Numbered from the stretch's first letter, positions 8,158-17,045 are shown. The stretch: 32,000 bases of DNA from Ignicoccus pacificus DSM 13166 (GCA_025340205.1 CP006868.1:480001-512000), one strand, 5' to 3'. The notes: generated from the sequence alone by a model not told the origin. Made by a program: numbers and translations.

Positions 8158-8400
8158 TTACGATGTAAGTTCCTCGTGACGCGTTCTCTGGGTCTCATAC
8201 ATGCTCTTAAATACCAAGACGTTGCCGACCTTTTCAAACCTTGATTCAAATAAAGTCTTGGAGAGCTTCATGAGCTTTATTAGATCCTCCTCTCTCCTCC
8301 TCTTTCCGCCATGCCTTGTTCTTTCCGGAAAGGTAACGATGACCGGCTTCTTTACCCACCTTCTCTTCAGCTCTTCTATCTTGATAACCTTCTGAGCCAT
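8158..8400 (-). CDS. small basic protein, possible partner of the upstream nucleotidyltransferase
   Basis: 80-aa ORF overlapping the upstream nucleotidyltransferase ORF by 25 nt. Confidence 0.5.
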   Translation of the reverse strand: MAQKVIKIEELKRRWVKKPVIVTFPERTRHGGKRRREEDLIKLMKLSKTLFESRFEKVGNVLVFKSMYETQRTRHEELTS

Positions 8401-8963
8401 CTTCTCACTTCTTCCAGCTTATCTTCAACTAGTTCCTTTTTAGCTAACCTCTCAAGTATTTCCCAATCAAGATGATCTGACCACGCGTAAGCGAGCATCA
8501 GAGCCTTATCCCTATCCTCGGTGCTGTTCCAATACTTCCAAGCTGCTAGGTACCTTACTAACAACCTTTCGGGACGCTCTACATAGAGCTTCCCGCAAGG
8601 CGTCTCTATAATTAGACATTCCTCTACTTCAGAAGGAAGTAAGTCTATTGCCTTGAGTAAGCCTTGAAATATCCACTCCCTTCCTCCTCTTTCCGCTATC
8701 TCATTAAGTGCTTCTTCCAATAAGTCTGCAACACTCGGATTGTCCAGTTTTACATCTATGTCAGCAGTCCTGTAAGACGCTCCAGTATAAAGTTCCACTG
8801 CAAACCCTCCAGTTACTTGTAGCCTTGTTCCTAACTTCTCTAAGACCTCATTGAGACAAGCCAAGAAGCACGCGACTCTTTCGGTTTCATCACTAAAATC
8901 TTTGGACTTTCTCAGACATTCTGATATTGCGTATCTTAATAGTTCTTTCATTTTCTTATCCAA
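8376..8963 (-). CDS. nucleotidyltransferase-like protein (DUF6036/AbiEii-like)
   Basis: VTGGFAVELYTGASYRTADIDVKLD matches the GG...(D)xD nucleotidyltransferase signature seen in MNT/AbiEii-type proteins. Confidence 0.7.
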   Translation of the reverse strand: MDKKMKELLRYAISECLRKSKDFSDETERVACFLACLNEVLEKLGTRLQVTGGFAVELYTGASYRTADIDVKLDNPSVADLLEEALNEIAERGGREWIFQGLLKAIDLLPSEVEECLIIETPCGKLYVERPERLLVRYLAAWKYWNSTEDRDKALMLAYAWSDHLDWEILERLAKKELVEDKLEEVRRWLRRLSR

Positions 8964-9260
8964 ATTTGTTATCCCTATTAGGAATTCTACCAGTTAGAGT
9001 TAATCCCTAAGTCTCATTTTGAATCCCATTTCATCACAAAGACTAAGAGACTTAAGATGAAAATGTAGTTGCAATAAAACTCGGTACTTTGGACACCTAT
9101 GTAAAGTATTAATAGAGAAAGAGAATGAAACCGATATACTCCTAGAAATATCAAGGCTTTCTGAGAGATGCTGTAAGATAGGAAGCGAGGGTAGAAGGAC
9201 CGTTTAGCTTGGAGAGCTTCATTAGGAAGCGAATATCCGATCCTCACTCTTAGTATTTTT

Positions 9261-9497
9261 CTATGATATCTTGAAAGATATTAATGCGCTCATTATATAT
9301 GATATCATACTTACTATTGCATTTATGTCAATCAAATTTCTTGGTTTAAAGTGCTGGAGATAACTATCGTGTAAGAATTGAGCAATTTCATATGATCTAG
9401 TATCGTCGCTTAATTTGGACTCCAATATACATTCTGAAAGTTCGACGACTACCGCGTTCTTAATGTCCAAAAGGTGTTTTTGATGTTTTGTACCCAA
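9261..9497 (-). CDS. small hypothetical protein (78 aa)
   Basis: ORF only, in a low-density region; weak support. Confidence 0.25.
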   Translation of the reverse strand: MGTKHQKHLLDIKNAVVVELSECILESKLSDDTRSYEIAQFLHDSYLQHFKPRNLIDINAIVSMISYIMSALISFKIS

Positions 9498-9516
9498 GCT
9501 CGAGAGCTACCTAGGA

Positions 9517-9750
9517 GTGAGGCCTTATTGGAGAGCTATTGTGCACTCCGCAATAGCTTCGATCCTTAGTGTTTATCGAGAACGCTTCAAGCTAAACAAC
9601 TTAGAAATCACTTTTTCACTTGCTATGCTGCTTGAGTGTAATGAAGAGGTTGCTGAGAAGTTCGTTGAGTTGCTTATGGAGTTCCAGAGGAGGAAGAGTG
9701 AGGGTAAGAGGAACGAGTTGTTGAGGGTAAGTGGAGTGCTCAAGGGATAG
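9517..9750 (+). CDS. small hypothetical protein (77 aa, GTG start)
   Basis: ORF with an amphipathic helical composition; no recognised family. Confidence 0.35.
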   Translation: MRPYWRAIVHSAIASILSVYRERFKLNNLEITFSLAMLLECNEEVAEKFVELLMEFQRRKSEGKRNELLRVSGVLKG

Positions 9751-9799
9751 TTTCGATGAGCTCTGCTTTTTGATTATCTCGAAGGAGCTAGAGGACATT

Positions 9800-9875
9800 G
9801 GCGGGCGGGGGTGATGAGAAGTCCCTCGGGAGATGGGTGATCGACGGATGACACTCTGATCCCGACCCGCCCGCC
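9800..9875 (+). ncRNA. candidate C/D-box-like sRNA with long GC terminal stem
   Basis: Perfect 10-bp inverted repeat GGCGGGCGGG (9800-9809) / CCCGCCCGCC (9866-9875). Just inside it are a C-box consensus GTGATGA (9811-9817) and a D-box CTGA (9856-9859), with an internal C'-like TGATCGA (9838-9844) 11 nt before the D box. Confidence 0.5.
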
Positions 9876-9910
9876 TTCGTGAGAAGGAAGGGAAAGAGGG
9901 TTAATTAACT

Positions 9911-10189
9911 TCAGATCTTCCTACATCCAGCTAAACATTGTTGGTATTCTTTAGTGCAGTTGGAAGTACACTCGTTATAACAAGCGTGATAGCGTGTGTT
10001 ATCGACGAAGAAGATTATACTGTGCTTCTCGGCGCAGTAGCTTCTACACTCTTCTTTACATATCTTGAACCTTTCCTCGCACTTGTTTATGCAAGCAGCA
10101 ACCACAGCGTCTCCAGCTACTATTCCGAACTTTTCCTCCGGCACCTTTCTTTCCCTCGCTAATAACCTTTCTTTCCCGAGCGTATACAC
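9911..10189 (-). CDS. small cysteine-rich protein with mirror-symmetric Cx3C spacing
   Basis: 92 aa with ten cysteines in two clusters of five: C-x3-C-x6-C-x3-C-x3-C ...x17... C-x3-C-x3-C-x6-C-x3-C. Confidence 0.65.
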   Translation of the reverse strand: MYTLGKERLLARERKVPEEKFGIVAGDAVVAACINKCEERFKICKEECRSYCAEKHSIIFFVDNTRYHACYNECTSNCTKEYQQCLAGCRKI

Positions 10190-10581
10190 TTAGTAATTTG
10201 AATTTGTACGAAGGAACGCATCGAGGTGTCTGCATTAACCTGAGCAGTGCTATACGCTTTCACTCTCACGTCGCACCTACGCAACCAAAAGGATAATTGA
10301 TTTCAGTGTAAATTTCTCAACGTAACTTCTTCATTAATTCCCATGATAAACTATACACATATATTAGAGACCACTTTTCCAAGGGACTAGAAATAAGTTC
10401 AAAAACATACAACAAGTACAATGAAAGATCATAGGCATCATAGATTCGATATTCTATGGTTCGGTTAGAAACCGAAGGACTGACAAACACATGGGTTGTA
10501 CTCTTGCTTTTATCAAGCGCCTTCGCTAGCTCTTCCACCGTGAAACGTTCGAGAGCTTAACGGACTAGCTTGACCCTACCC

Positions 10582-10689
10582 CAGTCCTCAGGCTCCTTAG
10601 CGAACCTCAGTACATGGAGTTGATATGGTTCGTGCGACTGACGGAGGGTTCGAGAAAGGAACCTCCAGGGCTTCCTGAGGTCTGGACTG
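10582..10689. ncRNA. possible structured RNA element (strand unresolved)
   Basis: Closing helix CAGTCC(10582-10587)/GGACTG(10684-10689) plus TCAGG(10588-10592)/CCTGA(10674-10678). Inner helices are GCGAACC(10600-10606)/GGTTCGT(10627-10633) and GGAGG-G-TTC(10643-10651)/GAACCTCC(10659-10666). Confidence 0.3.
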
Positions 10690-10752
10690 TGTGGAGTGAA
10701 CGTCTATAGAAGTCGGAGGAGTTGATTGAGGATGCGTTAGGACCCGGTAAGG

Positions 10753-10829
10753 TGGAGCCGCCGCCGGGGTTCGAACCCGGGACCTCCGCCTTACCAGGGC
10801 GGCGCTCTGCCAGGCTGAGCTACGGCGGC
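10753..10829 (-). tRNA. tRNA-Thr(GGT), CCA encoded
   Basis: Minus strand GCCGCCG-TA-GCTC...-G-CCGCC-CTGGTAA-GGCGG-...-CCGGG-TTCGAAC-CCCGG-CGGCGGC-T-CCA. Complete acceptor, anticodon and T arms; anticodon GGT. Confidence 0.95.
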
Positions 10830-10857
10830 TCTCCGTGTCATGGGAAGAGCACTCAGA

Positions 10858-11202
10858 TTATAAGCTTTCCCCTTCGGATTCCGATCCCTCTACGCCCTCT
10901 CTAGCACATCTCGAGACGGCTTCCAAGAGCTCAGCGTATTTCAAGAGCTCCTTCAATCCCTTTGGAGTTATCTTGACCACCATCTGAGGATGAGCCCCTA
11001 AGGTGTACCTGACGCTGACCAGCTCCTTTTCCTTCATCTCCTTTACGTGCTTCCATACTACCGACTTAGAGGTGTTGAGAGCCTTAGCTATCTCAGTTAG
11101 CTTCGCCTCTCCCACAGTACCCAAGTACAGCAGCACCGCTAATTTCATAGTGTTGAGCTTGCTCTTACCCAGTACCTTGGCTACCTCCTTGCAGTCAAGC
11201 AT
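10858..11202 (-). CDS. winged-helix DNA-binding regulator
   Basis: LTEIAKALNTSKSVVWKHVKEMKEKELVSVRYTLGAHPQMVVKITPKGLKELLKY: MarR/ArsR-like HTH plus wing. Confidence 0.75.
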   Translation of the reverse strand: MLDCKEVAKVLGKSKLNTMKLAVLLYLGTVGEAKLTEIAKALNTSKSVVWKHVKEMKEKELVSVRYTLGAHPQMVVKITPKGLKELLKYAELLEAVSRCAREGVEGSESEGESL

Positions 11203-11801
11203 TTCCTAACACCTACCAGTGCGAGGCCTAATATCGCTAGTACGTCGCTGGCCGTCATGGTGGCGAACACGTGGATTGGCGAGGGAGCGGTGACGTAAAG
11301 CTCTACCAAGGCATATGGTATGGACGCTAAGGTCAGCGCGACGGCGGCGAAAGCAAAGCAATAGGGTACGATAAACCATGCATAGATGCCCGCCGTTACT
11401 ACTATTAGAGATGCTACCCCCAAATAGATCGCGTAGCTTGGAGTTACGTTTGCCCAATAGAGCAGAATGGTGGCTAGCGCTGCTAAGCTTACTACGAGTT
11501 CCGTTCTTCCCCTCTCGTTGCACTCTAAGCTCTTCGCTGCAATTGCCCCCAAATACATCATTCCCTTCACTCCCCTACCGCTCTCTACCCCCAGCCTAGC
11601 TAGAGCTATTATCAGTATCCTGACTATTATGTAAGGTAAAGCTAGATACTTCAAAGGTATAGCGATCGATAGAGGTAGGAATATTATATTTATTATAGAA
11701 AGCACTGCTATGAACGAGATCCAGTAGACCGCTACCGTGTTGCACAAGTGCGCTAACTCTAATGTCTTTATCGAACCCCTTAGAGGGTCACTCTCCCTCA
11801 T
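11181..11801 (-). CDS. multi-pass membrane protein (206 aa)
   Basis: Multiple hydrophobic TM segments; C-terminus overlaps the start of the downstream wHTH gene by 22 nt. Confidence 0.7.
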   Translation of the reverse strand: MRESDPLRGSIKTLELAHLCNTVAVYWISFIAVLSIINIIFLPLSIAIPLKYLALPYIIVRILIIALARLGVESGRGVKGMMYLGAIAAKSLECNERGRTELVVSLAALATILLYWANVTPSYAIYLGVASLIVVTAGIYAWFIVPYCFAFAAVALTLASIPYALVELYVTAPSPIHVFATMTASDVLAILGLALVGVRKCLTARR

Positions 11802-11874
11802 GATTACTTTCTCCAGAAAAACCGAACCCGCTCGTGTATAAAGCTAGCTCACTTCACCTCAGCAGGGTAGTGAC

Positions 11875-14136
11875 TTGAAGAGAAGAGGTTTCAGCGCTTA
11901 TCTCTCAAGGGCTGAGGAGCTGATCTCCGAACCCAAGGTAGCGATACCTATCCTCGTCGCCGTAGTACTCATCGCCTTCTACATAAGGCTATCTCCCTAC
12001 TTCATGTACTCCCACTACGGCATCTGGCTCCAATACGACGACAGCATGTTTGAGTATTGGCTCTCCAAGGTGCTCTATCAACACGGCATAACTTACTGGT
12101 ACCAGCTCACCCCTCAGAACACTAGACACTTGTGGTGGTGGCCGGAGGGAAGGGACATAACGAGGACAGAGTTCCCCGGGCTAGGCTTCACCGGAGCGAT
12201 GCTGTACCCGATAGCTAAGCTCTTCGGATTGAGGATGGTCGATTGGGTCGGCATAATTCCGGCCTTCTACGGAATGCTTACCGTCATTGTAACCGCAATA
12301 CTTGGATGGGTAATAGGAGGTCCTATACTATCAATCTTGATGGCAATAGCGGTCGCCTTCCAGTACGCCTTCCTACAGAGAAGCATTGCCAGCTTCGTCG
12401 AGAAGATGTCACCAACAACCTTCTTCTCAACGATATATCTGATAACCTTCGCCCTAACTATCAAGAAGTACGTAAAGAGCAAGGAGCCAGAGAAGTACGC
12501 CTTGCTCATGGGATTCATAGGAGGCATCGCCTTAGCCATGTCCTCCGCCTTCTGGGGAGGCTTTCTGGCGTTCATAGGAGTGGTGATAATAGGAATAGCC
12601 CTGTTCCCGTTCATCAAGGGAGATGCTGAGATCTCGAAGGTAATGGTAATGTTTGCCATAGGGACCGTAATAGGTTACTTAGCCTCTTCTTGGTGGATAA
12701 CCACCGTATGGAAGAGGAAGCTCGGAATAGCTACCACCCTCCTCTTATCGGCGCTGGTTGTTGAAAGCGGGGTTCAGTACTTCGTGCTTAAGCGCTTCAA
12801 GGACGGAGTGAAGATATGGGGATACATCAACATAGCTATAATCGCTATACTACTGCTCCTCGCTCACACCACCCACATATTGCACCAAATCCTCTCGCCG
12901 AGGTACCTCTTCATGATAATGCCTTGGCTTAGACACGCCGCCAGCCCTCTAGAGAGAAGCGTTGCCGAGCACCAAGGAATTCTACAAGTGATCAATCCCA
13001 ACAGCTTCCCGAGCGTCTTCGGAGTAGGAGTACTGGCTCCTCTATCTCTACTGATCGCCTTGATGTATCTACTCAAGAAGGAGAAACAAGAGGTCCTCCT
13101 AATGACCATGCCTCTGATAGCCATGGCCCTGTTCGCCACTTACCTAGTTCTCGCCGACACCTCGGTGTACTTGACCACACTGCTCGGATTCATGTTAGCG
13201 GTTGGAGGCGCCTTAACGGTCTACTGGCTCTTAGAGGACTTCCCAAGACTAAATGCATTTGAGAAGCTGTTTGCCGGAATAGTATTGCTAATAGCCTTGG
13301 TGCTCTACGTATCAGGATCGATAGCTGGAATAAACTTCGCCGTTCACTATCCCCCTCCGAGCTACCTCTCAGCGGGAACGGCTCTCTACACCCCGCTCTA
13401 CCCAGATACAATGCACTTCATAAAGAATCATTGCAAATTCGTTCTGGCTTGGTGGGACTACGGCTACATGATAGGAACCGTAGCTAACGCTACCACCGTG
13501 GTGGATCCAGCTACCTTAAGCATGTGGAAGATTTCAAAGGTAGCGCTGGCTTTGACCGGAACTGAGGAAGACTTGGTGAAGGTGGCTAAACTCTTCAAGC
13601 TTCCAGCTAACGAGACTTGTGTCTTCGCCTACGAGGTCTTCCCGTACGTTCCCAATACCAAGACGATACTGGGGATACCTCAAGTTGGAGACTTCGCCAA
13701 GTCGGTGTGGATGCTGAGGATAAGGGGACTCAACGACAGTCAGATCTATGGACATTACATAATGTACTTGGTTAGCGGAGAGCTGGCTAACGGTCAAGTG
13801 GCGAGCGTGCTAGTCCCTTCACCTCAGTCCATAAGGGTTGTAGGAAACGCCATAGAGGTCAGGACGCTTAACGGGAGGCTCCTCCTCTTCGCCAGAATCC
13901 TACAAATAGTTCCGGTGGTGAACATAAACAAGGCTCTCCTCTACAAGATGATATACTACGGAGTGGTAAGCTCCGGCTATCACTTCCAGGAGCCGGGCCT
14001 TCCGGTACCTAAGCACGTAGAGTTCAAGCACTTGAAGTTACTCAAGGCGTTCATAGAAAAACTATACATACCGAATACAAACAAGGCAATACCAAACATA
14101 AGGGCAGTAAGCGTGGTCTACCTCTACACTGGCTAA
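11875..14136 (+). CDS. aglB: dolichyl-(di)phosphooligosaccharide-protein glycosyltransferase (STT3/AglB)
   Basis: 753-aa polytopic protein with N-terminal acidic loop (YDDSMFEYW), RSVAEHQ motif, and the STT3 signature WWDYGYMIG. Confidence 0.93.
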   Translation: MKRRGFSAYLSRAEELISEPKVAIPILVAVVLIAFYIRLSPYFMYSHYGIWLQYDDSMFEYWLSKVLYQHGITYWYQLTPQNTRHLWWWPEGRDITRTEFPGLGFTGAMLYPIAKLFGLRMVDWVGIIPAFYGMLTVIVTAILGWVIGGPILSILMAIAVAFQYAFLQRSIASFVEKMSPTTFFSTIYLITFALTIKKYVKSKEPEKYALLMGFIGGIALAMSSAFWGGFLAFIGVVIIGIALFPFIKGDAEISKVMVMFAIGTVIGYLASSWWITTVWKRKLGIATTLLLSALVVESGVQYFVLKRFKDGVKIWGYINIAIIAILLLLAHTTHILHQILSPRYLFMIMPWLRHAASPLERSVAEHQGILQVINPNSFPSVFGVGVLAPLSLLIALMYLLKKEKQEVLLMTMPLIAMALFATYLVLADTSVYLTTLLGFMLAVGGALTVYWLLEDFPRLNAFEKLFAGIVLLIALVLYVSGSIAGINFAVHYPPPSYLSAGTALYTPLYPDTMHFIKNHCKFVLAWWDYGYMIGTVANATTVVDPATLSMWKISKVALALTGTEEDLVKVAKLFKLPANETCVFAYEVFPYVPNTKTILGIPQVGDFAKSVWMLRIRGLNDSQIYGHYIMYLVSGELANGQVASVLVPSPQSIRVVGNAIEVRTLNGRLLLFARILQIVPVVNINKALLYKMIYYGVVSSGYHFQEPGLPVPKHVEFKHLKLLKAFIEKLYIPNTNKAIPNIRAVSVVYLYTG

Positions 14137-15473
14137 CACTCAACCTTTCTTCCCATTACTCCCTCTGCGTAAGCTATCGCCCTTTCAATTAATTTATCCG
14201 CTTGTCCCAAGTAGGTCTTCTGGGAGCAGAGGACCGCCAGCTCCTCCTCAGATAGGTATTTACCCAGCTCTCCTTCCAAAGCCTTCTCCAAGTCCCCGTA
14301 TTCCCTAACTGCCTTCATAACGAGCTTGTGGGCGTCGTTCCTAGCGAGCCCCTTCTGGAGGGTCAGGTATACCATTATCCTCTCAGCTAAGTTCAAGCAC
14401 TTTACCTTCTCCAAGTTCTCCTTTATTCTTTCTTCATTAACCAATAACTTCTTCAGCAGCTTCTTGAACGACCTCAGCTGCTCATCTAAGGTCAAGAATT
14501 GGTGAGGAATTATTATCCTCTCTGAAGAGGAATTGGTCAAGTCCCTCTCGTGCCACAAGGGGATGTTCTCCATTTCTCCTATCACGAAGCTCCTAGCTAC
14601 CTTTGCCAGTCCAGAGATCTTCTCAGCCGTTATCGGGTTGGCCTTATGGGGCATGGTGCTCGATCCCACTTGACCCTTTGCCACTCCCTCGACGAGCTCC
14701 CCTATCTCGGGCCTGCTTAGCTCCCTCACTTCTAAAGCGAACCTATCTAGGACGGAGGAAAGTATTGCTAAATTGGACATCAGCTCGGCGAAGCCATCCC
14801 TAGGAGCTATCTGAGTGCTTATCTCGTGGGGCTTCAACCCTAGCTCTTCAGAGACGATCCTCTCTATCTCGAGGCCCTTATCTCCCCAAGCTGCCATCGT
14901 CCCCACCGCTCCGGCCATCTTCAACCTCACGACCCTCTCCTCCGTCTCCTTCAGCCTTTCGTAGGACCTCGCTATCTCATAGACATAGTTAGCAAACTTG
15001 AAGCCCAAGGTTATCGGAACGGCCCACTGGCCGTGAGTCCTCCCGAGCATGACCAGATCCTTGTACTTCCTAGCCATGCAGGAAAGCTGAATCAGAATAT
15101 CCTCGAGGTAAGAGTAGATGAGCTTGAGGGCCTCTCTAAATTGCAACGCCCAGACCGTGTCAACTATGTCGTAGCTAGTCGCTCCTAGGTGCAAGTACTT
15201 CCCGGCCTCTCCCATTCTCCTTCTCAAAGCCTCAGTGAAGGCCATAATATCGTGGCCCAGCTCCTTCTCCAGCTCATCGACCTCTGAGGGATCCAGCTCC
15301 TTTACCGCTTCCCTTACCTCATCATAGTTTACTTTGGGTATCATCCCAACCTCTACCAAGGCCTTTAACAGAGCTCTCTCGACCTCTGCCATGAGCTCCA
15401 GTCTCCTCTTCCTCGACCAGATCCTCCTCATCTCCTCGCTTCCGTACCTCCACTCGAAGACGCAAACCTCCAA
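14133..15473 (-). CDS. purB: adenylosuccinate lyase
   Basis: Fumarase/ASL superfamily motifs: LHLGATSYDIVDT, GRTHGQWAVPITLGFK, and signature GSSTMPHKANPI (here GQVGSSTMPHKANPITAEKI). Confidence 0.93.
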   Translation of the reverse strand: MEVCVFEWRYGSEEMRRIWSRKRRLELMAEVERALLKALVEVGMIPKVNYDEVREAVKELDPSEVDELEKELGHDIMAFTEALRRRMGEAGKYLHLGATSYDIVDTVWALQFREALKLIYSYLEDILIQLSCMARKYKDLVMLGRTHGQWAVPITLGFKFANYVYEIARSYERLKETEERVVRLKMAGAVGTMAAWGDKGLEIERIVSEELGLKPHEISTQIAPRDGFAELMSNLAILSSVLDRFALEVRELSRPEIGELVEGVAKGQVGSSTMPHKANPITAEKISGLAKVARSFVIGEMENIPLWHERDLTNSSSERIIIPHQFLTLDEQLRSFKKLLKKLLVNEERIKENLEKVKCLNLAERIMVYLTLQKGLARNDAHKLVMKAVREYGDLEKALEGELGKYLSEEELAVLCSQKTYLGQADKLIERAIAYAEGVMGRKVEC

Positions 15474-15507
15474 GGTAGCACCTAGGAGGAGTGGGAAAGG
15501 GGAACCT

Positions 15508-16179
15508 TTACCCCTTAAGGCAAGAGTACATCTCCTCCAAGGTCTTAGCCGGGTCCTCGCTCAAGGTGACGCTCCTCCCGACTATCTCGTAGTCCGCTCC
15601 GGCCCTAAGGGCCTCACAAGGCCTCGCCCCTTGGGCACCTATTCCCGGACTAATTATCTCCTTGCTCCAATACTTCCTTATCTCCCTGAGTACGCTGGTC
15701 CTAGTGGCAGGGGCAACCAAGCCGTCGGCGACCAAGTAGGCCAAGAGCAAGAACTCCCTCCAGTGTTTGTCAATGAAGTGAACGGAGCCGGGGTGACTCA
15801 TGGAAGCTACCAAGTAGAGCTTCTTCCCCTCCAACTCTTCCCTCAGCTCCTTCAAGGCACCTTCATATCCCACGAAGGCATGGGCTATGAAGGCGTCCGC
15901 CTCTACTCTCTTAACCACCTTAATCATTGTAGCTCCTATGTCTGCTAGCTTTAGGTCCGCTATCACAGGTCCGTACTCCTTGAGCTCCTCCACCCTATTT
16001 CCTTCTAAGAGTAAAGGCCATCCGACCTTGAATGCCTTTACCTTACCCTTGAGCTTAGAAGCTATGTCAAACGCCCACTCCCATCCCTTTCCCGGAGGAG
16101 GATCCAACGCTATTATTACCGGGTACATCTCCTTCAACCCTTCCATAGAAAAGTGGAGCGATTTTAGGTCAGCGTGCAA
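15508..16179 (-). CDS. pyrF: orotidine 5'-phosphate decarboxylase (start codon uncertain)
   Basis: VIALDPP near the N terminus, FKVGWPLLLEG, the catalytic motif IADLKLADIGATM, and the C-terminal ISPGIGAQGA...GADYEIVGRSVTLSEDP. Confidence 0.92.
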   Translation of the reverse strand: MHADLKSLHFSMEGLKEMYPVIIALDPPPGKGWEWAFDIASKLKGKVKAFKVGWPLLLEGNRVEELKEYGPVIADLKLADIGATMIKVVKRVEADAFIAHAFVGYEGALKELREELEGKKLYLVASMSHPGSVHFIDKHWREFLLLAYLVADGLVAPATRTSVLREIRKYWSKEIISPGIGAQGARPCEALRAGADYEIVGRSVTLSEDPAKTLEEMYSCLKG

Positions 16180-16225
16180 GAACGCTTACGCCCAGCTTAA
16201 AGAGGGGTAGTGGAAGTTCACCACG

Positions 16226-16780
16226 GTGAACCGCGTGAAGAAGTTAGCGATAGCTTTAATCTTCGCCGTTACCTTGATGGCAGCTCAGACCAGCATAACT
16301 GGAACGGTAGTCGCTGTGAGCGGAAGGTACTTGGTGCTAAACGTAAACGGCGAGACGCTAACGGTAGTGCTCCCTCAGAGCATGGTACTGAAGACCAACG
16401 TCTCCAAGGCTCTAGCTCCCGGCACCAACGTGACCATAGTCGGAACGAGCAACCCTTACGGCGTAATCCTCGCCAAGGAGGTGATCGTAGGCAACCTTAC
16501 CTACACTCCCGGAGGAGTTAAGGTAATGAAAATGAACATGACTAGGAACATGACTAAGGCTATGCATCAGTACAGGATAAACGCCACCGGAAACGGAACT
16601 ATGGCTATGAACCAGTCCAGAGCCATGACTCAAGCGATGAATCAAACTAGAAGCATGGTAATGACCAGAACTATGACCAACACTATGCCAATGCCCATGA
16701 CCACAAGAGAAGTTACCATAAGCATACCTCAGCCTACTAAGACCGCTCCTCCGATGGGAGGAGGAAAGGGTAAGAAGTAA
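16226..16780 (+). CDS. secreted Met/Thr/Asn-rich protein with OB-like N-terminal domain
   Basis: Signal peptide-like MNRVKKLAIALIFAVTLMAAQ, short beta-rich domain, then a Met-rich tail (MKMNMTRNMTKAMHQ...MAMNQSRAMTQAMNQTRSM) with many N-x-S/T sequons. Confidence 0.75.
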   Translation: MNRVKKLAIALIFAVTLMAAQTSITGTVVAVSGRYLVLNVNGETLTVVLPQSMVLKTNVSKALAPGTNVTIVGTSNPYGVILAKEVIVGNLTYTPGGVKVMKMNMTRNMTKAMHQYRINATGNGTMAMNQSRAMTQAMNQTRSMVMTRTMTNTMPMPMTTREVTISIPQPTKTAPPMGGGKGKK

Positions 16781-16781
16781 G

Positions 16782-17045
16782 CTAGAGCTTGAAGCCGAGA
16801 GCCTCCATCATGTCTTTTAACTCCTTCAGCTTTTTGAGAGCTTTCCTGCCTTCAGAAGTAACCTCAAGCTTCCCGTCGCTCCTCTTTCTCAAGTAACCCT
16901 TCTCAATCATCCTCTCCACTATCCCCTTTGCCCTGTCATATGGAAGGTTCGCACAAGTAGCAACCTTTGTGAGTACCTCCGGCTCCTCCAAGCACTCCAA
17001 GATATCCAACATTATCCCCGCGACGCTCCTGTACTTCCTCCTCAT
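16782..17045 (-). CDS. winged-helix DNA-binding protein (87 aa)
   Basis: ILDCLEEPEVLTKVATCANLPYDRAKGIVERMIEKGYLRKRSDGKLEVTSEGRKALKKL: wHTH pattern. Confidence 0.75.
   Translation of the reverse strand: MRRKYRSVAGIMLDILECLEEPEVLTKVATCANLPYDRAKGIVERMIEKGYLRKRSDGKLEVTSEGRKALKKLKELKDMMEALGFKL

Noticed and set aside
9014-9247. 77-aa minus-strand ORF (MRIGYSLPNEALQAKRSFYP...)
   Set aside because: Biased toward Ile/Leu/Tyr/Ser as expected for an AT-rich noncoding frame; no supporting context.
10540-10700. Minus-strand open frame in the gap beside tRNA-Thr (...KPWRFLSRTLRQSHEPYQLHVLRFAKEPEDWGRVKLVR*)
   Set aside because: Lacks a convincing start, upstream stop is close, and no family recognised. 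Kept only as a competing explanation for the possible RNA structure there.
11875-14136. Transporter annotation for the 753-aa membrane protein
   Set aside because: The WWDYG catalytic signature and overall layout identify it as STT3/AglB oligosaccharyltransferase.
15334-15948. Plus-strand 204-aa ORF across purB/pyrF
   Set aside because: Lies opposite two clearly identified genes and has low-quality composition; shadow ORF.
16210-16521. Plus-strand 103-aa alternative frame over the secreted Met-rich protein
   Set aside because: Arg/Gly-rich out-of-frame translation; the 16226 frame has a signal peptide and repeat structure and is preferred.
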